Source: an uncultured Verrucomicrobiota bacterium (GTDB lineage Bacteria; Verrucomicrobiota; Kiritimatiellia; CAIKKV01; CAITUY01). Taken from it: 60,674 bases of DNA. Below, piece by piece: positions 46,301 through 54,406 of the stretch. Location: assembly GCA_964535015.1 (NCBI GenBank), contig CAZHRU010000005.1, positions 1-60,674 on the forward strand, in the 5' to 3' direction. The number at the start of each line of letters is the position of its first letter. Position 1 is the stretch's first letter. The position numbers and the translations under genes were made by a program. The notes under the pieces are model-generated. The model made no database searches. It worked only from the letters and a program-made list of their open reading frames with translations, and was not told where the DNA came from.

Positions 46301-47292
46301 ATACCTACCCTGAAGTTCGATTGCGCCGCCTGCGCCGCACCCCCGCCCTCCGGCGCCTATTCGATATGCCCATGCCCGGTCCCGACAAGTTCATGTGGCC
46401 CGTGTTCATCAAGGATGGCAAGGGCATCCGGGAACCCATTGACGCCATGCCCGGCCAAAACCGGATGAGTGTCGATGTCCTGCTCAAGGACCTCTCCCGT
46501 GTCGTCAATTCCGGCGTGGGAAGCATTCTGATCTTCGGACTGGCTGAACAGGCAGGCAAGGATGCCGCGGGCACCGCCGCCTATGACGACTGGGGCGCGG
46601 TGCAGAAAGCCATCCGCCGCATCCGCAAGGAATTCCCCGATCTCATCATCGCCTCGGACGTCTGCGTCTGCGCCTACACCTCGCATGGCCATTGCGGCCC
46701 CCTCACCACCTCCGGCGACGTGGATAACGACGCCGCCAATGTCATTCTGGCACGAATGGCCGTTTCCCACGCCGCCGCAGGCGCCGACATCGTCGCCCCC
46801 AGCGCCATGATGGATGGCCAGGTGGCCGCCATCCGTCAGGCCCTCGACGAGAACGACTTCCAGCAAACCATCCTCATGAGTTACTCGACCAAGTTCGCCT
46901 CAAGCATGTACGGCCCCTTCCGGGAAGCCGAGGAATCGGCGCCGCAAAAGGGCGACCGGCGCGGTTATCAGGCCTCCTACGCCGACCCCCGCCAGGCCAT
47001 GCGGGAATCCCAACTCGACGAGGCCGAAGGCGCCGATATCCTGATGCTCAAACCCTCCCTGTTCTACCTCGACATTCTCACCCGCCTGCGCGATCAAACC
47101 GACCTCCCCATCGCCGCCTACAACGTCAGTGGCGAATACTCGATGCTGATCGCCGCCGCCGAACGCGGCTGGGGCGACCTCGGCAGCATGGTGCGGGAAT
47201 CAACCACCGCCCTCGCCCGGGCCGGGGCCGATATCATCATCTCCTACTGGGCCAACCGGTATGACGAGTTCTTCAGAAAGGGCATCCAATGA
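46297..47292 (+). CDS. hemB: Porphobilinogen synthase
   Basis: RLRRLR, DVCVCAYTSHGHCG, APSAMMDG, YGPFREA, MLKP, YNVSGEYSM. Confidence 0.97.
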   Translation: MNTYPEVRLRRLRRTPALRRLFDMPMPGPDKFMWPVFIKDGKGIREPIDAMPGQNRMSVDVLLKDLSRVVNSGVGSILIFGLAEQAGKDAAGTAAYDDWGAVQKAIRRIRKEFPDLIIASDVCVCAYTSHGHCGPLTTSGDVDNDAANVILARMAVSHAAAGADIVAPSAMMDGQVAAIRQALDENDFQQTILMSYSTKFASSMYGPFREAEESAPQKGDRRGYQASYADPRQAMRESQLDEAEGADILMLKPSLFYLDILTRLRDQTDLPIAAYNVSGEYSMLIAAAERGWGDLGSMVRESTTALARAGADIIISYWANRYDEFFRKGIQ

Positions 47293-48566
47293 CTTCAAGG
47301 GAATTGTTCGACAGGGCAACACGCGTCATTCCAGGCGGCGTGAACAGTCCGGTCCGCGCCTTCAACTCCGTCGGAGGGGACCCCCTCTACGTGGTAAGCG
47401 GCAAAGGCTCACGCATCATGACTGTGGATGGCGCCGAACTCACCGATTTCTGCGGCTCCTGGGGCCCCCTCCTCTTCGGCCACGCCCGCCAGGAAATCAT
47501 CGCGGCCATCCAGAAAGCCGCATCCGAAGGCACCAGTTTCGGAATCAACACGCCGCGCGAAGTTGAGTTTGCCGAGCAACTCCACGAACGGGTCCCTTCC
47601 ATGGAAATGATCCGACTCGTCAGTTCCGGCACCGAGGCCGTCATGACCGCCCTGCGCCTCGCCCGCGGATTCACGGGCCGCAGGAAACTCCTCAAGTTCG
47701 ACGGATGCTATCACGGCCACACCGATGCCATGCTGGTCTCCGCAGGCAGCGGACTTCTCACCGGCGGCATCAGTTCCTCGGCCGGCGTCCTCTCCACGGA
47801 CGCCCAGGAGGTGTTCGTGTCCCCCTACAACGATCTGGAGGCCGTTCAACGCATCGTTCAAAAGGAAGGCGCCGATCTGGCGGCCATCATTGTCGAACCT
47901 GTCGCTGGCAATATGGGGCTGATCCCACCCGCACCGGGCTTCCTCGCCGGCCTGCGCAAACTGACCGCCCAATGCGGCGCCCTGTTGATTTTTGACGAAG
48001 TCATCACGGGTTTCCGCCTGGGCCCCACAACCTACGGCACACTCTGCGGGGTAACCCCGGACCTGACGACTCTCGGCAAGATTATCGGCGGCGGCATGCC
48101 GATTGGCGCCGTGGGCGGCCGCGCCGACATCATGCGCAAACTGGCCCCACTCGGCCCCGTCTATCAGGCGGGCACCCTGAGCGGCAATCCCGTCGCCGTA
48201 GCCGCCGGCCTGGCCATGCTGCAACTGAGCGTCACCGAAAACCCCTATCCGAAATTGGATCTCTTGGGACGCCGCCTGACCGATGGCATGAATGCGGCGG
48301 CACGCAAGGCCGGCCTGACTCTCCACTGCACCGGACTCGGCGGCATGTTCACCCCCTTCTTCATGAATGACGCCCCCACCGATCTGGCGACCGTAAAACG
48401 TTGCAACACCAAGACCTACGCCGCCTTCTTCCGGGCCATGCTGACTCGCGGATTCTATCTGCCGCCTTCACAATTCGAAGCCGCCTTCATTTCCGCCGCC
48501 CACAGCGAGGACGATGTCTCCCGATTCCTCACGGCGGCAAGTGAAGTGTTCGCAACCTTGGCCTGA
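47289..48566 (+). CDS. hemL: Glutamate-1-semialdehyde 2,1-aminomutase
   Basis: PGGVNSPVRAF, SSGTEA, FDGCYHGH, FDEVITGFR, GKIIGGG, YQAGTLSGNP. Confidence 0.97.
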   Translation: MTSRELFDRATRVIPGGVNSPVRAFNSVGGDPLYVVSGKGSRIMTVDGAELTDFCGSWGPLLFGHARQEIIAAIQKAASEGTSFGINTPREVEFAEQLHERVPSMEMIRLVSSGTEAVMTALRLARGFTGRRKLLKFDGCYHGHTDAMLVSAGSGLLTGGISSSAGVLSTDAQEVFVSPYNDLEAVQRIVQKEGADLAAIIVEPVAGNMGLIPPAPGFLAGLRKLTAQCGALLIFDEVITGFRLGPTTYGTLCGVTPDLTTLGKIIGGGMPIGAVGGRADIMRKLAPLGPVYQAGTLSGNPVAVAAGLAMLQLSVTENPYPKLDLLGRRLTDGMNAAARKAGLTLHCTGLGGMFTPFFMNDAPTDLATVKRCNTKTYAAFFRAMLTRGFYLPPSQFEAAFISAAHSEDDVSRFLTAASEVFATLA

Positions 48567-48582
48567 GAAACAACACCCACCC

Positions 48583-48846
48583 ATGGAAATGATGCATAGC
48601 CCCTGGTTGAACGCATTGTTTTCGCTCGTGATCAATCTGCCCTTCGGTTACTGGCGAGCCGGTTGCCGCAAGTTCTCGTTGGCGTGGTTTTCCGCCATCC
48701 ACATCCCGGTTATCCTGACGATCGCACTCCGTCTATTCATCGGCGTCGCCTTCCGCCTTTCCACACTGCCATTCTACGTACTGGCCTTTGCCGGCGGACA
48801 AATCCTGGGGGCCCACCTCCGCAAACTTCGCCACATCAACCCATAG
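48583..48846 (+). CDS. Small membrane protein (hypothetical)
   Basis: NLPFGYWR...KFS..WF..IH.P; three hydrophobic segments. Confidence 0.6.
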   Translation: MEMMHSPWLNALFSLVINLPFGYWRAGCRKFSLAWFSAIHIPVILTIALRLFIGVAFRLSTLPFYVLAFAGGQILGAHLRKLRHINP

Positions 48847-48916
48847 GATGTTGGAAACCTTTTCGTCTGCGCCCCAAGATTGATCGAGCGAACGTTGTGA
48901 GTGAACGATGAGCGGG

Positions 48917-49861
48917 TCACTCGTACGTTCGACTCACTTGTTGGGTGATGTATTCTGCTCTTTCCTCCAAGAGCATCATCTGTTCTGGCTTTGGTTCCAG
49001 CCCATGATTATGTTTCTGGATGTTTGCCGGAAAGTTGAAAACCAACGCCTCAACCACAGACCTACGGTTCTCGATCTTTCCGCCAGAGTGGTAAAAGTGA
49101 TCTCGCGTCACGATGTTGAATTTGCTCCAAAGGGAATCAATGAAGGGATTGGAACGATAATCATTGTGGTGCCACGTCGAAAGTATGAACCGCGCCGGCG
49201 AGGCCGAGAGGAGCGCAAACAGTCTCTTCTCATCCTCTTCCTTCCAACCACTATAATAGTCAACATATCGCCCGATGTAGGGGGGATCACAGTAAATGAT
49301 GTCGTCTTTGGATGCTTCGGCAATGACTGCCGCGAAATCCTCGATATTGAACGTCCATCCCGACTGGATCAGACACGCAACATCATGCACCTGATTTACG
49401 ATCTTCGTCACGTATGCCGGAGCGAACCGTTCCGGTTTCTTACAAAAAGGTATGTTCCATCCCCCTTTCCGGTTGAACCTCATCATCCCATTGAACCCAG
49501 CACGGGAGAGAAAGAGAAAATCCAGCGGGTCATGTGACTCGTTAAAACGATCTCTGACGGTTCGGAAATGCTCGTAACCCTTGTCCGGTGCCTTTTCGAG
49601 CAGCGCCCCTTCACGTTCAAGATACTCGCGCACACATTTCGGTGTGATCTCGCGGTTCTTGATTGCTTGATAGAACCGAATGAGGTGGGGGTTGACGTCG
49701 CCCAGTAGTGCCTCGCCAAAACCAGAGTTGAAAGCGACAACTCCGGTTCCGAGGAAAGGTTCAATCCATCGGCCCTTAACGGCTGGTACTAACGCCTGAA
49801 TCCAAGGCACCAACTTCGTCTTAATGCCTTGACTCTTGATCGGGGGGGTAATCACTCGCAT
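48917..49861 (-). CDS. Dam/M.EcoRV-type N6-adenine DNA methyltransferase
   Basis: G.KTKL, IEPFLGTG, D.NPHLI, YCDPPY. Confidence 0.9.
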   Translation of the reverse strand: MRVITPPIKSQGIKTKLVPWIQALVPAVKGRWIEPFLGTGVVAFNSGFGEALLGDVNPHLIRFYQAIKNREITPKCVREYLEREGALLEKAPDKGYEHFRTVRDRFNESHDPLDFLFLSRAGFNGMMRFNRKGGWNIPFCKKPERFAPAYVTKIVNQVHDVACLIQSGWTFNIEDFAAVIAEASKDDIIYCDPPYIGRYVDYYSGWKEEDEKRLFALLSASPARFILSTWHHNDYRSNPFIDSLWSKFNIVTRDHFYHSGGKIENRRSVVEALVFNFPANIQKHNHGLEPKPEQMMLLEERAEYITQQVSRTYE

Positions 49862-50784
49862 GCTGCCTCGGCGGTCTTAGTCTTCTTCTTCGTTGTAATC
49901 GGCACAATCTTGCGTTTGTCCCCACGTTTGAAGTCCAGAAAGTCCTCGATTGACCTGATCGGCGTGGCCTTGCCTCTCTTCAGACGCGTAGTGACGCCGT
50001 GGTTCATCCAGTATTCGTCAAACCACTCCTCCCCGAGTCGTGCGAAGACGCCGTTTCCGTTTAGTATGTCTTCAATCCAGGTGATCGACCCGATGTTTGC
50101 AGTGTTGCCAGAACCTTGCTTGTCGCTCGCGAGACGCCACTTCTCGCAAACAAAGAATTGGAAGTCCCGGACCACGGAAGCAATTGACCGAAGACTGTCA
50201 ACAGAAGTCAGGCGGTAACGATGAACTGGTTCGGCAACTGGACCGTCATCCAACTCCTTGACATGGACGATTTCTGTGTCGGCCAAGTCCTTTGCCGCAG
50301 TTCTCGTGTAGATGATTCCCAAGCAAAAGTGCCCGAAGTACTCCGAATATGGGAATTGAATGTTCTTGGTGGACGTTCGCTCCTTAAAGTAGGCGCCGTG
50401 GCTGCCGAGAGTGAACCCATTTACATGGCCGGGGAAATCCGGATCGCGGTACGTAGTCTTAAGGTCAACAGCAAACTTTACAGACTGGTTGCTCTGTTTG
50501 ACAAAACTGAAGTCAGGATACCAGTTCTGGTGTTCGGCCAGGACGATCGAATAACCATTGTCCTGGGCGAACTGGAGAATCCTCGGGAAAAGGTGGATTT
50601 CAAGGATCTTGGAGACGATCTTGGTGTCGGAACTGATTGTGTAAATGTTCTTGAAAATGTCGATAAACCCCTTGACGGTCCACTGCCCGTTTTCAGCAGA
50701 AACATACCCGCCAAGTCCCCGAACGAAATCTGTCAGGGCGGCCGAGAATGCGTCCTTCTCCGTCTGTCGCTCTTTGTTGTTCAT
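49852..50784 (-). CDS. EcoRV-family type II restriction endonuclease
   Basis: SDTK, QN.YPDF, AVDLKTTY, FTLG, KNI.FPY, EKW..A.D..GSGNT.NIGS match EcoRV as I recall it. Confidence 0.85.
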   Translation of the reverse strand: MNNKERQTEKDAFSAALTDFVRGLGGYVSAENGQWTVKGFIDIFKNIYTISSDTKIVSKILEIHLFPRILQFAQDNGYSIVLAEHQNWYPDFSFVKQSNQSVKFAVDLKTTYRDPDFPGHVNGFTLGSHGAYFKERTSTKNIQFPYSEYFGHFCLGIIYTRTAAKDLADTEIVHVKELDDGPVAEPVHRYRLTSVDSLRSIASVVRDFQFFVCEKWRLASDKQGSGNTANIGSITWIEDILNGNGVFARLGEEWFDEYWMNHGVTTRLKRGKATPIRSIEDFLDFKRGDKRKIVPITTKKKTKTAEAACE

Positions 50785-50849
50785 TTGGTCCCTTTCACTT
50801 TTTCACCCACCGAATAGCGTTTTATCCCTCGTGCGGCGAGTATACACGG

Positions 50850-51184
50850 CTGGGGATGGCGATCAAGCGCGTGTTGCCGCATCCTCCTGATGACACTGCT
50901 GGGCCGTGAGGCGCCTCACTTAAATGCAGAAACAATCTTCTCAGACTTTGAAATCCGAGTGATGGGGCTCTTCGCTAAAAAACACAAACTCACGCTGCCA
51001 ACATGCCTGGGTGAAGCCGTCCTTCTCGTCGCTAGGCTGGGCGGTTATATGAACCGCGGCAACGACCCACCGCCAGGCGCCGAAGTCCTCTGGCGTGGAT
51101 CTCTACGCCTCACTTTGCTTTGTGACGGGGTCGCGTTGGCGGAGTCACTCAATTTGTCTTGAAGTATTTGTGTGTAAAGGGCAG
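50850..51184 (+). mobile_element. IS4-family (IS50/Tn5-like) remnant: transposase C-terminus plus terminal repeat
   Basis: RILLMTLLGRE...ARLGGYMNR.NDPPPGAEVLWRG with the upstream part frameshifted or lost. ATTTGTGTGTAAAGGGCAG (51166-51184) matches the Tn5 mosaic end at 13/19. Confidence 0.75.
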
Positions 51185-51287
51185 GCCTTGTGCCGCGAGT
51201 GAAGAAAGTTGGGGTGATGGGCAGGTTCGCCGCGGACGATTAACGTTTGCCTCCACCGGGACGAGCCCGGTGGGCGGCTGACGTGAT
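51185..51287 (-). repeat. 103-bp repeat, copy 1 (inverted relative to 54194-54296)
   Basis: 3 mismatches against copy 2; internal hairpin CCACCGGG-acgag-CCCGGTGG. Confidence 0.9.
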
Positions 51288-51370
51288 CTTGGGTGAACGC
51301 CATAACTCGCAGATGCGCCCCGATGAAAAGTGCTTGCACTGCATACCGCCAATGACCAATATCTGCCGCT

Positions 51371-54055
51371 ATGAATATCCATAAGACCTGCTTGTCCCTG
51401 CTATCGACGTCCATGGTTTTCGCAGCCCACACCGTGGCGGCCGACTCAACAGCTACCCTCATCAATCCCTCAAAGCGGTCCTTCAGCCTGGAACCTGCCC
51501 GTCTGCAGGCCACACTCCCCTCCGACGCGAAACAAGGCACGGTTGTGGTCCGAGACGGCACCGCCGAAGTCCCCTGTCAAATCGAATCCGTAGGCGGCAA
51601 ACCGGTGCTATGGGTCGCGGCAACCATCGCCCCCACCGGCAAGGTAACCTACACCGTCTCATCCGGAAAACCCGCGACATCACCCTCCGTCAAGATCGCC
51701 AGGGAAGGCAACCAGTTCCTTCTGGATAACGGCATCATCGCCGTCAAAGTGCCCGCCGCCACCACCGAACTGGTCGGCCCCATCACCGCCCTTCGACTCC
51801 CGGATGGAAAATGGATCGGCGGCAGCACCTGGCAAACCGCAAGAAAACTCAAGTCCTTCTCCGCCTCCGTCGTCGGCGACGGCACCGTCTTCGCCAAACT
51901 CCGGCTCCGGTATGACTTCGACGGCATGGCCGGCATCGACAGCAATGTCCCTGCCTTTGCCGAGATTGACCTGACCCTCGCCCCCGGCTGGCAACATGTG
52001 GAACTGTCCGAACAGCACGAGATGGGAATCCTGGACGCATGGACATTCGAACTCTCGCAGGGCTGGTCGCCCCGCCAAGGCGTTTCGAAACCCTTTTCCG
52101 GCGGGTTCGCCGGTTCTCCCGCCAGGGAACGTGAATTGAAACCCTTCATACACGTTTCTTTTCCGCCCGACGTGTTCATCAACTTGTTCCCTCGCTGGAA
52201 CCAGCACTGCAAGGACGGCTGGGGCTTCTACGCCTCCGACGGAACCTCCGCCGCCGGGTCCATCGTCGTCCGCGCCAGCCGCTGGATCTGGCCGCACCAA
52301 AACAGTATCCGCGCACTCATCAAACCCTCCGGCGACTACGCCGGCTTGCTCTGCCCCACCTGGAAGGGACAACGCCTATGGTGGATCGTCGCCTCCGCCG
52401 CCCCCGTAGACACAAGTTACGTGGCCGCCCACGCCTGGGAACACCTCGATAAACTCAACAACGAGATGATCCTGGATTGGGATGGAAAGTTTGGGGCGAT
52501 TTCCGGCATCAATTTCTACGACGGAAACGTGATCAACCCCACCGGCGGCATCCGGGGCCGCGGCAAACGAGCCATGGCTGAGTCCGGCACCCCCGGGACC
52601 TGGGCAACCCTGGCGGAACAACAGGTGCGCATGCACCCGGATTCCTATGGATCCTATTGGAATTTCTGGAGCCCGGAGAATCCCAACTTCTTCACCGACT
52701 TCTACAAGATCCCCGTCGCCATGGCCAGCATGCTGAAGGCGCACCCGCGTTTCGAGGAGATCCGCAAACAGGCCGAGGCGAAATTCATGGAGGATCTCCT
52801 GCACTCGATCGCCCTCCCCGGCGGCGCCGGCCAGGAGTGTCCCGGTTATTTCAGTTACGCCTTGACCGGCCACCTCAAGGAATTGGCCAAGGTCTGCAAG
52901 GAACACCTCGGCTTCGACCCAACCGCCTTGGAACGCTACCAGGCGGGCATACAGTTCCTCGATCGCATCTCCCAACCGGACGGCGACATCCGCCGCATGC
53001 TTCCCATGGGCGATACCCACCCCGCCAAGGACGGCCCCAAGGTCGTCGATGTGCCCAAAGAAAAGGCCGCCTCCTGGACCACAACGGAATTCCCCGGATT
53101 CGGCGTCATTTTCAACAGCAAACCCGCCACGCCTGAGGAAACCTATCTGTCCTTCAAGAGCGGCCCCAGCCGCGGCCACTATCACGGCGACCAACTCGCC
53201 CTGCATTATGGCGCCCACTCCCACCCCCTCGCCGTGGACCACCACTGCAGTTACCACCCGCGCGCCGGCCAGGAACACATGCACAACCGCCTGGCTTTCT
53301 GGAACGACAAATTTCCCTACGCCAACATGGACGGCTACGAACGCCTGATCGCCTTCAAAACCTCACCCGCCGCCGATGTGGCCATCGGACAGGTCGAGTC
53401 CTCCCGCCTGCGCAATGTGGAGAAACTGCCGCCTGAAATCTGGCATCAGGAATATCCCCAGATTACCCTCGCCAAACCCCTCATCTACCGGCGTACCGTC
53501 GTTCTCGTCAAATCCGAACCTCAGACCTATGTGGTCCTGCGCGACCAGTTCTGGGGCGCCACTGACTTGAATGCCACGTTCTGCCTCCATGTCTTGAGCG
53601 ATAAGATCGAGCAAAAGGGCCAGACGGTGAATTTCGGCAATCTGCAACTCTATTGCGCCACGCCAACCGCCACGACGTTTGAATCCCTGCCTTGGTCGCA
53701 CGACAACGGAGGCCATGAAGCCACCCAGGGCGCGCGCCTGACCCAACGGGCCGACAACGGCGAATTCATCACCGTCCTCTACCCCGGCACCCTCCCCGCC
53801 ATCTCCCCCCTGCCCCACGGCGTCAAGGTCGGTTCCGACGAAATCGTCTTCGGCGGCACCGAACCCGTTGACGGCGGTGACACGGTCTACGCCAACGTCA
53901 AGGTGGGCGGCAAGGATGCCGTCGCCATCATCGGCAACGATGTGGACTTGAACCGTTTCCAGGGTGACATCGGACTCTTCATTCCGGATGCAGGATACCC
54001 CTTCGGTGAAACCCCCGACTGGCTCATCCGCCAGCGCATCAAACCGCACCGGTGA
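51371..54055 (+). CDS. Secreted protein with a heparinase II/III-like C-terminal domain (putative polysaccharide lyase)
   Basis: Signal peptide; GPSRGHYHGDQLAL...AVD...Y...HNR resembles the heparinase II/III G.H.H.D...HN motif. Confidence 0.55.
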   Translation: MNIHKTCLSLLSTSMVFAAHTVAADSTATLINPSKRSFSLEPARLQATLPSDAKQGTVVVRDGTAEVPCQIESVGGKPVLWVAATIAPTGKVTYTVSSGKPATSPSVKIAREGNQFLLDNGIIAVKVPAATTELVGPITALRLPDGKWIGGSTWQTARKLKSFSASVVGDGTVFAKLRLRYDFDGMAGIDSNVPAFAEIDLTLAPGWQHVELSEQHEMGILDAWTFELSQGWSPRQGVSKPFSGGFAGSPARERELKPFIHVSFPPDVFINLFPRWNQHCKDGWGFYASDGTSAAGSIVVRASRWIWPHQNSIRALIKPSGDYAGLLCPTWKGQRLWWIVASAAPVDTSYVAAHAWEHLDKLNNEMILDWDGKFGAISGINFYDGNVINPTGGIRGRGKRAMAESGTPGTWATLAEQQVRMHPDSYGSYWNFWSPENPNFFTDFYKIPVAMASMLKAHPRFEEIRKQAEAKFMEDLLHSIALPGGAGQECPGYFSYALTGHLKELAKVCKEHLGFDPTALERYQAGIQFLDRISQPDGDIRRMLPMGDTHPAKDGPKVVDVPKEKAASWTTTEFPGFGVIFNSKPATPEETYLSFKSGPSRGHYHGDQLALHYGAHSHPLAVDHHCSYHPRAGQEHMHNRLAFWNDKFPYANMDGYERLIAFKTSPAADVAIGQVESSRLRNVEKLPPEIWHQEYPQITLAKPLIYRRTVVLVKSEPQTYVVLRDQFWGATDLNATFCLHVLSDKIEQKGQTVNFGNLQLYCATPTATTFESLPWSHDNGGHEATQGARLTQRADNGEFITVLYPGTLPAISPLPHGVKVGSDEIVFGGTEPVDGGDTVYANVKVGGKDAVAIIGNDVDLNRFQGDIGLFIPDAGYPFGETPDWLIRQRIKPHR

Positions 54056-54170
54056 CGGGTTTCCTAATTTGACGCGGCGTCCGCATCCCGCTTCCATACC
54101 GCCAGGATGTCGCTCGTCATCCGTTCGGCAACAACCCGGTTCCCCGCTTATTCCAGGGTACTCCTGCGGT

Positions 54171-54326
54171 GCGCATCTCCGAGTTTTGGCGACATCACGT
54201 CAGCCGCCCACCGGGCTCGTCCCGGTGGAGGCAAACGTTAAACGTCCGCGGTGAACCTGCCCATCACCCCAACTTTCTTCACCCGCGGCACAAGGCCGCG
54301 GGGATCGCCAAAACTCGGAGATGCGC
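54171..54326 (+). repeat. Repeat copy 2 (54194-54296) bracketed by a perfect 22-bp inverted repeat (REPIN/MITE-like)
   Basis: GCGCATCTCCGAGTTTTGGCGA at 54171-54192 with its reverse complement at 54305-54326; the right arm extends to GTAG on the minus strand. Confidence 0.85.
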
Positions 54327-54406
54327 CCTACCCTGCCTTGACCCTGCCTTTCCTCTTGTGTATCTTCGCGACCATCAGTTTGAACCTCCATCAAGAGTAC
54401 ACCACC

